Of a stretch of 64,000 nucleotides of DNA, positions 1-13,600 are shown in pieces. Position 1 is the stretch's first letter; each line of letters starts with the position of its first letter. Position numbers and translations under genes: made by a program. Source of the stretch: Octopus vulgaris. Lineage: Eukaryota. The notes under the pieces are model-generated. The model saw only the letters and a program-made list of their open reading frames with translations, had not been told where the DNA came from and did no database searches. The stretch is taken from contig OX597817.1 of the NCBI GenBank assembly GCA_951406725.2, forward strand, positions 63,364,001 to 63,428,000, given 5' to 3'.

Positions 1-1
1 T

Positions 2-94
2 AGCCGAACGCATGGGAATCCTGAGAAACTTACATGTATCAGGGACCATACTGAATTCCAAAACAGAGATTTTCAAGTTGTGCTCGCATTTTAA
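2..94 (+). other. Possible 3' end of a short ORF or exon (..SRTHGNPEKLTCIRDHTEFQNRDFQVVLAF*) in a unique CpG-retaining segment
   Basis: Frame 2 is open from the window edge to TAA at 92-94. The sequence is non-repetitive and CpG-rich relative to what follows. No homolog recognised. Confidence 0.2.
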
Positions 95-1424
95 GAGATT
101 TCTGCTGGCGTTTCGGGAACCACATAGCAGCAATAGCGAAAATAACACCACAGCTGGAAATTGATTGCTGATGGGGGAGAGAGAGAGATAACTCTCTATT
201 GTTTACCCTCATATCTGATAGATGGCAACATGGCTGGAAGCCAGCAGCGAAGCGAGTTAAACCCCTTGTTTACATCCGTATCGTTTCGCCCTCCATATTT
301 TAAAGAGGTCATAGGCAAACGGATCTTGAGGTCTGAAGGCATGCCATAAAGGTATTATTTATGGTGAGAAACCCAGGGTAACCCTATAAAATGGCTTTCA
401 CCTGTAATAATAAAATAAATATATATATTGAGATGTGTATTTTTTTTTTTTTTTTTGCTCAACTCAGCATTTCACTTAACAATTTCCAGAGAGTAACTGG
501 AACTTGAGCTGTTGAATGTGTGAATCTAAAAGTGTTTGAGTTGGTATGACAATATAACAATATACATTCACACACACACACACACACGTACGTATGTTCG
601 TGTGTGTGTGTGTATTTAAATTAGGCATAAATAATGGGTTTTATACACTCATTTGTGCATTTCATATATATATATATATGAAAAAATATATATATATTTA
701 CACACACATACACGCGCACACACACATAAATTATATGCTCACATTATTTGTTATCAGTTTTTTTGTCATTTTAAAAAAAAATTGTTTATGGGGGAGAAGT
801 GGTTTTTAAAATATTTTTGAACAATTGAATTTGCTTCTTCTTTGATATCTCCGTCTATTTCACCTTTCATGTTGTTTCTTACACTCTAACTCTTTCTCCA
901 CCCCCAAAAAGACAAAAAGTACTGAACATCTCCCCTCCACCCACTTTTATCTAAATTTTAAAATTCATAATTTTATATATATATAAATTCATAATAGAAG
1001 GGTAAAATTTATTAATTAAATTAATTAATTAATCAATCAATTAACAATTTTGTCAAGTAGATCAGTACATTAAAATAACCTTTATAGGTAAAATTATCCA
1101 CAATTATGTGTGTGTATGTATGTTTGTGTGTGTGTGTGTATATATGTATGTATGTATGTGTGTGTAATTTCCCACCACTGTTTGACAACCGGTGTTGGTA
1201 TGTTTACCTCCTTGTAACTTATGTATGTATGTGTGTGTGTGTGTATATATATATATGTATATATACATGCGTGTATATATGTGTGTATATATGTATATAT
1301 AAATATGTATGTATATATGTATATATATGTGTTTATATATATTTATATATGTATGTATGTATATATATTTGTATGTATATATATATATATTTGTATGTAT
1401 ATATATATATATTTGTATGTATAT

Positions 1425-1460
<36 letters not shown>

Positions 1461-4138
1461 GTTATTGCCTATTTTTCCACATGCTGTGTTTTGTTGGATT
1501 TCTGCTTGTTGTGTTCTATATTTATATATTTATATATATAATGTCCATCCATCCACATGCATATACATCACATTATTTTTATAAAATCATGTCTGTTTCA
1601 CACTTTTAGCTCACTTTCTCCCTCCCTCTCTCTCTCTCTTTCTCCCACATGAAATACATAATCATTTTTTAAATAATTTTTATCTTTTTTTTTTAGTATA
1701 GTCTTCATGAAATCGTAGATCATGCTAGGTTCTAATGATATAATTAACAGATTAAATGCTAATTACTTATTATTTCCATTTGAAAAATACCACACACACT
1801 CACATCATATATACACCTGTACTTTTGAGCGACAAAATGGAGAAAAGGCATGTAATACAAGTGGTACAGTTTATATATTTGAAACTGATGGTTCCCTTAG
1901 TCATTAATCCTGGTTTTTTATGCATATGTGTTCGCTTATATCTAGGAAACACAGAGTAGAGACAAAGCGAATTATTGGCTTCAAATAAGGACACACACAC
2001 ATGCGTATGTATGTATATATGTATGTATATATGCATATATGTATATGTATGTATATATATATATATATATACATACATACACACACACATGCATGCAATT
2101 AATGTTTGTGTATGTGTGCGTTTATGCATATGTATGTTTAATGAATTTTATTTATAATTTAAAAGAAGATATATGAATATATTATTAAATTTTTAACAGT
2201 TGATTATTGGGGAAAATTCGGTTCAGAGTTTGTACTATTGACTCCTTTTTCATTTTATTTCCTAGGTATTGGTATTTAATTGCCCCATCGCCAATATGTG
2301 TTGGGAAGTGTGTCACAAGCTAAGGATTTTGCTGTGACAAATCTTTGTTTTTCTTTTATTTATTTGTTTTTCTTTGATATCTTTAAACAAAAAAAAAACC
2401 TTGAAAAATATTGTCTTTTAACAAATATACTATTATGAATATTTCTGAAACTCAGTGTCGGATATGAAGTGTGTGAAATTTAAATACTAGCACTGACGCA
2501 CATGAAAATACACTAATGTGCTTATGTAGCTTATGTACACATGTGTATACATAAACGAACACATGCACACACTTTTAAATGCTTAGCTTTAAAGAAGCAG
2601 TAAAAGTCAGTAGCATAAATACATTATCTCCTGGTTTCATAAATAATTGTCTTCTCAAAAGCTAATCCACCTTGTTACTATAACAAATAACTCCCTATTG
2701 GCCTGCAATTTATATAATCTTTTTATGAATTTCCTAGCCACATGGTTCTGCAAAACCAGGTTCCTCATCAGATCTTAAAATTGTCAGCCATGGCCATTAT
2801 AAGGATAATGTTATGTTGTAATATTGTGTAGTAGTAGTAGTAGTAGTAATAGCTGTAGTAGTACTATTTACTAGCATAGCTGAATGCTTTTCACCACATT
2901 TGGTTTATAATAAATAGCAATCTGACTTGGCTGCTTTGTGAGTTTAGAGCCAAAGTGTTTCTTTGATCAAAGAAATGCTGAATTTCTTATCGTTGTTCAG
3001 CTACAGTTCTGAAGAATACATTGGCAATCACCTTACACTATACACTGTAAATTTTGTTTAAATTTTCATGAATTATATTTAGCTCAAGTTAGTCATGATC
3101 AATCACAGCACTTGTTAATTAAGGTAGAGATATCACTCACTCCACAAAACAATTTTTCATAAGTTGGCTGGGTCAGTACTTTTTATTTTTTTTTTTTTTA
3201 TTCTCCACACACACAAACTCGTTTTCTATTATGGTCTTCCCTGATTATAAAACATTTTATTATATAATTGCGGTGTTTCTTGTAGGTTTTAGTTAATGTC
3301 GGTTTGATCTCATACGATCACTACTACAACACTAACACTTTTTTCAGCTGTCATGTGCCAATATGTGGAATATAAAAAAAAAAATTTTTTAAGACAGTAT
3401 CATTGAAGAAGTACAAAACAGCAGACATGTTCCCCCACATTATCTTTGTTTCCATGAACTATTTTCATTCTGATGGATTGTTGGCAGGTCCTTCTTCCAT
3501 CTATATTCTTGCAAATGTAATAAAACCATCCTTTGTTATTGTTTTCATATTAAAAAAAATTAATGTATGTGTGAAATTAATTTGCTACAGTTTCATTCAT
3601 TTGATCTCTCTTCATACAGTTTGTTTTGGAGCCAACTTATATATAACCAGTCTTATGTATTTTATTGCGAGAATCTCGGACAATAATTTCTTTTGTTTAA
3701 TGAGATTAATATCAGCCCTGCACGGGAGGCTGTCAAATAATTTGGGGCTTGTATTTATTATTGTTTTTTCTTCTTTTAAAACTCACATTTAAAAACAGCA
3801 AAACCAACTATTCCTTTGGCTTGATACACTAGATATTCTATAGTGAATGTTCTGATTTACTGTACTTTCTCCCCATATATAACAGTTCAGGAAAATATTA
3901 AAGAAAATAGTAATAATAAAAATAGGTCCATTTCTATTTTCTTGGTAAACTTCCCTAGTATAATTCAAGGGTATACTTGTCTGGCTAGTGGTTTGTGTTG
4001 AAACTAAAGCAATTACAATGTGGAAGTCACATAGGCCATTGCAAAGCATACAAAAACTGTTAAATTTATTTAGTTATTTGGTTAATTAATATTTATCTTT
4101 CATGCTGTAATTGCTATCCTAATATATGTAATTTTATC

Positions 4139-4291
4139 ATCTGTCTTTACATTCTGAGTTCAAATTCACCTGAGGTTGACTTTGCCTTACATCCTCTCAA
4201 GGTTGATAATTTAAGTACCAGTTGCATACTGGGGGCGAATCTAATCGACTGGCCCCCTCCCCCAAAATTTCAGGCCTAGAATAGAAAAGAA
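4139..4291 (+). mobile_element. SINE family A, 5'-truncated and CpG-decayed
   Basis: ttctgagttcaaatt...gactttgcctt...taagtaccagtt...aatcgact core matches the family A copies at 31624 and 52239. Confidence 0.85.
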
Positions 4292-5214
4292 TATATGTAA
4301 TTTTATGTTTAATTTCACTTCATAATTTTCATGAATTCAAAGATATATATATCATTTGATTTTTTATTTAAAAAAAATTTTTTTCATTAATCTTGGGGGG
4401 ATATTTTAAAGCAACGGTTAACTGTTCAGTCTGGAGTAAATGGAGTACTGTTGGTTACTGAGAGGTTAGATCAGTGCTAATACAAGTAATTCCTTGTAAT
4501 AATGTTATTATTACAAGTTAAGAACCAAAAAAAAAAAAACAACAAAAAACTGAGCATTTTTATTTATTTGTTGTATTAAGTAGCATAAAATGTTGGCATA
4601 GTGCTATGGCAGAGTCCTAATAATTTAGAGTTAGAGATTCTGATATCTGGTTGAGGTTTTGTTTGATTCATTGGCGAGGCAGTATTGAGATGATTAAATT
4701 ACAATAAGTATGTTATTCACTTCTGGAGTAAGCTCATAAACATGTGTTGTGCACTATTGCTTATTGTTATGGTACAGTCTCTATTGGTAAAGCAGTGAAT
4801 CACATAACTGATTGTGTTGTATGAGCACCACTACAGACTTCATTTTCATGTAGTGTTTCAAGAACAAATCATCTTGTTATAAACACTCTTTCTCCAAGCT
4901 ACACTCACAGGTGGAGTTAGACTTATTCTCTACAAGCAAATGAAGCCATCTTTAATTCTGTAGTACAATTGCTGTTTACTGCAATGTCTTGTTTCTACAA
5001 TGTGGTGCATATTCATTGATATTTAAGTTAGTTAGGACATTTGAGAGTCAAGCATCTTAGCCACAAAGAACCCCACACTTTTGACCATCTGGTGCCATTT
5101 CAATTCAGCCATCTTTGATTTCTTTAGTGGTATCCTTTTATTTCACTCTTTTTATGTGCTGAAGCTGATCTTGGTGTGGTCTTTGTTGGGAAATTAGTTG
5201 CATTTTATCAAAGA

Positions 5215-5479
5215 CTAGCAGTGTTGCCCTGTGTTGCTCGGGTTTGTTTCGACCCTTTAGAATTGGAATTTTTGGAAAGTAAAAATTTTGCATTATGTAG
5301 CTTGTTATTCTCTTTAAGTGAACATTTTTCTGGTTGAAATACACCAAAAAATGGTGACACAGCAGTTAAAAAATCATAAAAAATAGGTATTTTCATACAA
5401 AAAAAGCACATTTTTGATGTAAATAATTTTTGGTGTTAACTGCCATACACAGACAACTTCAGTTTTATATATATAGAGA
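5215..5479 (-). mobile_element. Non-autonomous Helitron
   Basis: On the minus strand it starts A|TC(TCTATATATATAAAA) at 5479. It ends with a GC-rich hairpin (cccgagcaacacaggg) followed by CTAG|T at 5218-5215, the canonical Helitron termini and AT target. Confidence 0.75.
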
Positions 5480-6331
5480 TTTCACCTTTTTACTGATTCT
5501 AGTGAGTGGTATGTAGCCATGGTATGGTGCTGGAATTTGGATTACCTAGCAGATGTCTAAATAAGTACTTAGCAGGTTCTACATTGCTTAACTTTGGTCA
5601 TCACACTAGAACCAATTGTTTCAACATGCTGTAAAGTAAAACATTAATCTGAAAAGTAGTGGAGAATCTTATTTTCATTTTTGTTAATTCTTCAGCATTC
5701 AGATTATACTGTCAAATGTAATGCTTATTCATTCACATTATTTTCAATTAATCTTGTATCATCTTGCAGCTTTGAGATTTCATTGATGTGACTGATTATT
5801 TCTAGAAAGGTGTGAAAGGCTGGATATGGCTGGTTTAAGTACTAAAGGGCTAAATTAATGCTTACTATACTCACTTTAGCTTTGTTTGATATTGTCTTAC
5901 AATTCTGTTGGCAAATGCCAATATTTGGTGTAGCCTTATGGAATCATCTGACTATTGATAACATTCTTGCAGTCAAAGCATGAAAAGAATGGAACTGGAG
6001 GCTGCATATAAACCTCTTGGCTGACATATGTCTGCTGCTCGGTTTAGCCTCACCACTTGTCCTAATTTTGTTGCAAGTATTCAACCCAGTTCTCTGGTCT
6101 GGGAATAGCATTCTCCCTTTGTCCTACCTTCATGGAGGTTCTGAATAGAATAATGGATAATGAGTGATCCCCTTCTCCTCTTTGACTAAGATATTGCAAA
6201 AGTTAAAAGAAAAAAAATAACTATAGGGAACAGTGAATGGAAATTAGTGTGTTACTTAATCTCTTGCAGGGTTTTGGTTGGTATTTATTTTGAAATTAAA
6301 ATTGTATCAATAAACTGTTGACAATCTAGCT

Positions 6332-6740
6332 CAGTAATTCTCAACTGCAGTCTGTACGACCCCCAGGGTGAAGGCAAGCAAAATAATAAATTGGGGATCC
6401 ACAGTGTTTTAAGGGCCCACAAAATGGTTTTGTACTAGACATATTTATGTATTGCAAGAAACAGCTAGGTTTCTTTCTCCAGCATTTTACATAATTCAGT
6501 GTGTTTTGTGACTACTGAAACGTTCTCTCCGAGAGTGCTATTACAGACTTACGCAAGTAAATGTGTGAAACAAATAGGAATTTTGAAAGAAGCATCTGTA
6601 AAATTAACTGTTAAACATAGAATGGCTATGGGGCGGGGGTCTAGTGAAATAAAATAGCAATCAAATGGGTCCAGCAAAATAAAATAGCAACCAAAGGGAT
6701 CCATAGGCAAAAAAAAAAAAAAAATGGTTGAGAACCACTG
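6332..6740. mobile_element. hAT-superfamily MITE
   Basis: TIRs cagtaattctcaac / gttgagaaccactg with a perfect 8-bp TSD atctagct at 6324-6331 and 6741-6748. Confidence 0.85.
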
Positions 6741-7795
6741 ATCTAGCTTTTTGCATGTGAGCACAGGCATAGTTGTGTGGTGGTCTGGTGAAGTTTGCCT
6801 TGCAATCACAAAGTTCTGGGTTCAATCCCAATGCTTGGTACTTTGGCCAAATATCCAATGCTAAAATCTTAGGTGGCAGTTGAGCAGTTCTTGGTCAGTC
6901 TGTCTCATATGAGCAAACTCCTATTGAATGAAATATTTTCAACTATGTTTAGTAAATCTTCATTTATTCTTATAAAACGGATGTAAAGGGCTCAGAAATA
7001 TGTGGTCCCTATCAGAATGACAGCAAGGAAGAGTTAGTTTATTAATGGAGATTTCCTTACTTCATCTACCAGGTCGTAGTGTAATCACAGTCAGGCAATG
7101 ATAATTAGGTACTCAGTCTTTGGCTGGCAATCTTTATGCCTGTTGATGACCATACTCCATACTGCTCTTACGTGTAATGGCTTATGGTGTTGAAATGTTG
7201 CAGTTTCTATACTGCTCTATCTATTTTTAAAAATCCATTGAGCACATTGAACAGTTTAGTGAGAGGCTCATACAAGAACTTGTACAAAAATATATGATAT
7301 AATATAAAAAAATAATATTTTTGAATTTATCTTTTTTTTTTTTTATATTTTCCATCATTTACTAAGAATGCATTATCTTGGATTTTTTTTTCTTTTCTTG
7401 TGAAAATTGTTAACCATCACCATTTAAGAAAAAGTTCCGTGAATGAATATGATGAAATGAGAGCCTCCCATAAGTATCTAAATTTGTTTGGATGAGGAGC
7501 TAGATTTCTATCTTCATATATTTTTACTTTTCATGGTTATTTTCCTGCTTAATTTTCACTGCAATCACTGTTACTTTAATTTTATTCAAACATAAGTTCT
7601 GTATGTATTTCTCCTTTCACACACACAAATACACAGAGTGTGTGTATGTATATAGACACACACATGTATATATATGTGTGTGTGTGTGTATATATACATC
7701 TATACACATTTTTATATATACATACATATTTATATATGCATGTATATGTGTGTGTGTATATATATGTGTATATATATATAATATAGATACACATA

Positions 7796-7933
7796 TTTAT
7801 TAAAGAGTTACAAGAAGGCTGACAATGACTTGAAAGTTTTGGTTTGCTTATCTTCATTAGACTGACAAAAGCAAACAAGCCAAAACTTTAAGATCACTGT
7901 CAGCCACATTCTTATGAAAGTTTAGTAAATAAA
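7796..7933. repeat. Fold-back inverted repeat (MITE-like)
   Basis: ggctgacaatgacttgaaagttttggtttg is the imperfect reverse complement of caagccaaaactttaagatcactgtcagcc. Confidence 0.7.
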
Positions 7934-8013
7934 CACTTTACTAAAAAGTATTGAGTAATCCTTCAGTTCGATGTTAAATTGTTTTATATATAACTTGACA
8001 TAAAAACAAACAT

Positions 8014-8058
<45 letters not shown>

Positions 8059-8822
8059 CATACACATGCACACATACACACTTATGCTCACAACACACAC
8101 ATGCTCAGACACACACACATACATAGACAATGATTGGAACTATCTCACTCTGTTATAGCAAATTGTTGTTGCTGAAAATGTTTATTATTGAACTCCAAAG
8201 TTAATAAGCATCAAGCAAAGTTGGTTTTCAAATGGGTTGAACAGTCTTTACTGTGTCGATTTACAATAAACAGGTAAAAAAAAATACCAAAAAAAAAAAA
8301 AAAAAAATTGTTGATTCGGTCATCATCCACACTCATCTTCATAATAATAATTGCTTTGATTAATGTATCATTTATACCCAAGTATTTTCCAAATTATCTG
8401 GGTGTCCAAAAACTCAATAATGTTGATAATATTTATACTTCTTTCGATTTCTATAAAAAAAGCAAATTAAAACGTTAAAAAGACATTATTTGTTCAGTTG
8501 CCTTCTTTCCATTTTTCTTTAGAATACATATAGAAGATATGCGAGTGAATGTTGATGTAACAGTGTCTATGGAATAAGATATGAAGATGTATGTTATTGG
8601 AGAAGGTATAGAATTGTTAAAACATGTTCTTCTATAAATCAGTTGGTTTTATTTCCTATTTGGTATTCTTTATCTTGCCTAATTTGTTCATATTACATAT
8701 ATATATTGAGAGCGGGAGAACATGCAGTAAGCATGGTATAGACCTCCACAGAGTTGTGTTCAGATAAATAACTTGAAATTCATTAGTCCTGGATAGAGTT
8801 GAATTCTAAATTCACATATTAC

Positions 8823-8990
8823 TATTATTTAAAACTGTTTGATTTGACCTCATACAACTTAGTTTTGTAGACTTGTTACAGGAACCCAGCTTGTTATTTT
8901 CAGTCAGCTGAATGGCCAACAAGCTAGGTTCTTGTGATGAGCCTATGAAACTAAGTTGCATGGGGCAAATCAGACTGTTTTAAATGATTA
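8823..8990. repeat. Fold-back inverted repeat with ~72-bp arms (MITE-like)
   Basis: Left arm atttaaaactgtttgatttg...caacttagttttgtag...ggaacccagcttgtt pairs with right arm aacaagctaggttct...ctatgaaactaagttg...caaatcagactgttttaaat; the loop is about 22 nt. Confidence 0.8.
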
Positions 8991-9126
8991 CACATATAAC
9001 TCTTAAATATGCTGAATGCCTCTTTCATTTGTCCACTAACTCTTGTGTATATATAGTTTTGCTGCTAGGACTGACATCAGCCCTGATTGAACAAGACTAT
9101 GATCAAATGCTTTTAAGTTATTTTAA

Positions 9127-9380
9127 CCCTATAGTTACTCCATCTTTATTCAGACACACTGCCTTCAAGGCATTCAAGGAATTTTAAAAAAATAATTTAC
9201 TATTTTGTAATTCAAGGAATTTAAAAAAATAATTTAGTATTTTGTAAAATATTTTCTGTTATTAAGGTGGTGTATAGAATATAAAGTAACATAAAAATTT
9301 GATGGTTTTAAATTACTTTAAAACTGGAAATTTGTATCATAGAACCAGGAGTAGTCTCAAGCAGGTTGGTATCAAAATGG
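9127..9380. mobile_element. piggyBac-like MITE (family shared with 11078-11269)
   Basis: TTAA on both sides, CCCT.. start and ..tggtatcaaaatgg end; internal sequence similar to 11078-11269. Confidence 0.6.
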
Positions 9381-9425
9381 TTAAGACAGGTGCAGCTAGA
9401 ACTGCAGTATCTTATATATAAAAAA

Positions 9426-9573
9426 AAAATTAAGAAAATGGAGATATAATTTATTATCTGCAAAGATCCAACATATACTGTTTTAGGCTTAATTGAAACA
9501 GCTGTAAGAGAATATGTTGGATTTTTGCAGATAGTAAGTTATGTTAATGCTATATCTCCATTTTCTTAATTTT
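9426..9573. repeat. Fold-back inverted repeat
   Basis: aaaattaagaaaatggagatata / tatatctccattttcttaatttt, plus an inner 31-bp stem (9446-9476 with 9512-9542). Confidence 0.8.
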
Positions 9574-9740
9574 CTTTTGAATATGTAGAAACCAAGATTT
9601 ATATTTAGACCTATTATTTTATGAATATTATTATTCATGAAAGATATTAGATAATGAACCAGTAATTCATTGGATATTACTATCCCTTAACGAGGCTATT
9701 TTAACCTCTAATTGAGTACTATATATATATTTTGTTTTAA

Positions 9741-9960
9741 CCTATTAGCATTCAGATTACTCTGCCAAATGTAATGCGTATTTATTCACATTGCTTTGAA
9801 TTAACCATGTATTATCTCATAGCTTTGACATTTCAATGATCTAATTGTTTATTCTTAGAATGACATTGTAGGCTAGGTGTGAGAGGACAGATCTGGCTAG
9901 TTTGGACATAAAGCAAGTAAAATATTTGGGCTGGATATGGCCAGTTTAGATGCTAAAGAG
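9741..9960. mobile_element. piggyBac-like MITE (second family; decayed copy at ~5690-5852)
   Basis: TTAA at 9737-9740 and 9961-9964; imperfect TIR cctattagcat / atgctaaagag; homologous to 5690-5852. Confidence 0.65.
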
Positions 9961-11077
9961 TTAAAGTAAGGTGTAACTTGTGAGTTTGGGCTGTTATTTG
10001 TAACGGCTCATGCAACTTTCTACACACAAGTACATTAGTATTAGTGAAATGATATGTAATATAGTAGCTATCCATTATTAATCCTTAATGCATAAACCAC
10101 CAACACAACCTGCAATGGTGCTGTTCATATGTTTTGTAGTGTGTCCCATTTGCACACTATTTTGGTAGGGAGCAGAGTTATGAGTTGATGCCAACCTTGT
10201 ATTGTAATTATGCTATCCAGCTTGGCTTTTCTCTACCATTGTTATTGCTCTGCCCTTCCTGGGTAACACTAAGTAAAATGATATGTAAAAGAGGATATGA
10301 AGACTGGGTGGTTGATCATGGCTTTAACTCTAAAAATTCTGAGTTCAAATCTTGGTAGAAACAATAAAATAAACACCAATAATATACTGTGGTTTATTCA
10401 CTTATTCACTTTTCTCCACACAGAAATTAATCTTACAACCAAGAAACAGAGACTCCTACACACTGACGTGCATAATCTGTGGGATTTTTCCAAGCTTACT
10501 AAAAGAGATTAGAAATATTCTGTTTATTATCTGTAATCTGGTAATACTTTGTCCTGGGGTCAAGATGTTTACTTAGCAATAATGTGGTTACAGGTTCAAT
10601 TTCAATGAACAAGTGTCTTCCTAACATAACCTTGGGTTGACCAAAACCTTCAACTAGAATTTAGTTGATGAAAAGTGTATGGAAGCCCGTTGGACAGCGT
10701 GCATGTCTGTGTGTGTGTATGTGTGTGTATACATATGGGGGTAGAACAAAAATATGCTATTTGGATTATGTCCCTTTACACCTAATCAACTTTTGGTTTC
10801 TTGAATTTCTCCAAGGTCAGTAAAATATCTAAAGAATTTTGAAGTTTCTACCTGAAGCATGGCCACAGTCCGAAGAATGAAACTAGTAAAAGAATCATCA
10901 TAGTTGTTCAATTATTAAATGTTTATTCTTTATATTTTTATGATTCAAATTCAGTAACACACATTCATTACCTATGTAGAATATGAATGAGCACAAGGAT
11001 ATGTATATAATATATATTTTTTGTAGAATTTTGAGTTGATTCCAATAATTTTTATTTATTCTTTCTGTTTGCTTTAA

Positions 11078-11269
11078 CCCTTTTTGTTACCATATTTCTG
11101 TTGAAATCCACTGCCTTTGTTTTAATTAATTTTGTTTATGATGAATTTATTAAAATAGCTTTGTCATTCATCAAGCTGGTATTTGGAACATAAATTTTGA
11201 TGGAAGGTTTTAATCTAGATCTCTTTGAACACAAAGTTTTGTGTCTCGGGTGAGTTGGTATCAAAAGGC
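11078..11269. mobile_element. piggyBac-like MITE
   Basis: TTAA|cccttttgttacca ... tggtatcaaaaggc|TTAA. Confidence 0.65.
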
Positions 11270-11828
11270 TTAACATATTTTTCTTTGTTTTCTCTCCCTA
11301 AAATCAATTGAAAAATATTTAAAGTAGCAAAAAACAAGACCCCCATCATACATAAACACACACAGATATTGACAAAAATCAAACAAAACTTTAAAAAAAA
11401 AAAAAAGAAAAAGAACAAAGAAAATATAAATCCTGATTTTTGTCTCAGTAAATTCAAGGTACTTCTCTCTTCATCTCTCTCTGCTCCCCACTCTCTTCCC
11501 TCCTGTTCTAATACCATAATTTGCCCAAAATATGTGGCCTGCAGTATGGAACAATGTTCTATATTTTGCAGTACACCAAGGTTTATTATTATTGTTGTTT
11601 TTTTTCTTTCATTAAAAAACTTGAAAAAGAGGATAAAATGAAATGAAATTCCTGTTCACATATGGCAACTACATATTAACATTATATTTTTTATTGGACA
11701 ACTCAATTATTCACTTACATTATACAAGCATAAGTAGCTCTGTATGTGTGAGTGTGTATGCAAATATATATGATCTCATTGTAAAGTAAACATTGACTTA
11801 ACCATATCTTGTCTTTGTTGTTATTATT

Positions 11829-12201
11829 ATTACCTCCGCCTTAGCGAAGGCAGAGGTATTGTTTTTAGTCATGTTTGTTTGTTTGTTTGTTCGTGGACAA
11901 GATATCTCAAGAACTGCTGGATGGATTCAGATGAAACTTTCAGGGAAGCTTGGCCTTGTGACTGGCACGAACTGGTTAGATTTTGGGATCAATCTGCTAC
12001 CAGAGAAGGATTCTGGGTTATTTTTCCTGTTTTTTTTTTTCTATTTAATTTTTGAGAGCAGTCAGGTTCATTTTTAGTACCCTCGTTTGTGAGAGCAGTC
12101 AAGTTTATTTCAGATATTTTCATTTTAAAAATCATCTCCGGTTAATTGTTGAGAGGACATTGGTATGCCTTGGTGGAGGTTTGTGCTCTCTGAGTGCCCT
12201 T
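11829..12201 (+). mobile_element. Helentron-associated non-autonomous element (DINE-1/HINE-like)
   Basis: 5' ttacctccgcc..ggcagaggta sub-terminal inverted repeat, internal (GTTT)n, and 3' ggtggaggt followed by the hairpin gtgctctctgagtgc in a T-rich target. Confidence 0.7.
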
Positions 12202-12216
12202 ATTATTATTATTATT

Positions 12217-13600
12217 AAGACAGTGAGCTGGCAGAATCATTAGCACTCTAGATGAAATGCTTAGCTGTATTTTGCCCATTGCTTCGTTCTGAGTTCAAAT
12301 TCTGCCAAAGCCGACTTTACCTTTCTTTCTTTTGGGGTGGATGCATTAAGTACCAGTGAAACACTGGGGTTGATGTAATCGACTATTCCCCCCCCCCCCC
12401 CCACCTCCCACCCAAATTTCAGGCCTTGTGCCTTTAGGATTATTAAGACAGCAAGCTGGTAGACTCGTTAGTACTCTGGATGAAATGCTTAGCGGTATTT
12501 GGTCTGTCACCACATTCTGAGTTCAAATTTCACTGAGATTTGACTTTGCCTTCCATCCTCTCGGAGTCAATAAAATAAGTACCAGTTGAGTACTGGGGGT
12601 CGATATAATCAACTATCCCCCCTCCCCAAATTCCAGCCCTTGTGCCTATAATAGAAAGGATTATTATAAAGGCGGTGAGCTGGCAGAATTGTTGGCATGT
12701 CAGATAAAATGTTTTGCAGCGCATTTCTCTATGTTCTGAGTTTAAATTCAACTGAGGTTTATTTTACCATTCATTCTTTTTTGCAGTTGATGAAATAAAC
12801 ACCAGATGAGCACTTCGGGTCACCATACTGGACTAGCCCCTTCTCCTAAAAGAAATTTCAGGCCTTATACTTGCAGTATATAGTTTGGCAGAATTGTTAG
12901 TGTTGGATAAAATGCTTTGCAGTATTTGTTTCAACTCTTTATATTCTGAGTTTAAATTCCACTATGTTGAACTTCTTTTTCTTAACTTCTAGAATTTGTA
13001 AAATGAAATATCAGATAATTACTAAGATTGATTTGATTGTTAAATTGCTAATCTAGTGCCAATCTAAAACATTATTATTATTATTATTATTCTAAATGGT
13101 AGCCTTCTAGCATGGCCACATCTTTTGTTCTGGAACACATAGGAACTATGGATTAATAGAAATTAGAGATTGAAGACAAGGAAAAGGCATTCTGTCTGAT
13201 GAGTCTGCCACTCCACTGTCTAATGAGCCTGCCACTACACTACACTTGGATGGACAGCCTATACTTGGAAATCGAAATGCTGATGCGGTCAGCCACTCAT
13301 CAAGTACTAGGGTCAACTGTCTCAAGTAATCCCCTCCTGCTAAAAATTGTTGGCCAAGTGCCAAAAATTAGAAATAATCGTGTTATTCTTAAGGCAGTGA
13401 GTTGGCAGGTCGATAGCACATTCGACAAAATGATTAACAGTATTTCTCCTGGCTGTTTACGTTCTGAGTTCAAATTCCATCGGGGCCGACTTTGCTTTCG
13501 TAGTTTCATATAAAATATCTACCAGTTAAGCGCTTGGGTTGTTCTCATGAACTAAATCCCTGCCCCTAAAATTGCTGGCGTTGTGCCAAATTTTAAAATA
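12217..13600 (+). mobile_element. Head-to-tail cluster of about five SINE A copies (12217, 12445, 12670, ~12884, 13391)
   Basis: Repeated gagctggcagaa..ttagc..aaatgctt..ttctgagttcaaatt units, with tails ggccttgtgcc..aaggattatt in the better-preserved copies. Confidence 0.85.

Noticed and set aside
165-230. SECIS-like or pre-miRNA hairpin
   Set aside because: The upstream frame shows no in-frame UGA, the SECIS geometry is unconvincing, and the stem relies on a (GA)n run.
1106-2157. Long ORFs rich in Y/I/C/V/H/T (also 34.2-37.3, 38.4-43.1 and 56.5-62.7 kb)
   Set aside because: Translations of (TA)n, (CA)n and (TACA)n microsatellites, which lack stop codons.
13190-13330. ctgatgag motif within a 24-bp tandem duplication and ORF 13199-13513
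   Set aside because: No hammerhead stems could be built. The ORF runs into a SINE and has no recognisable domain.
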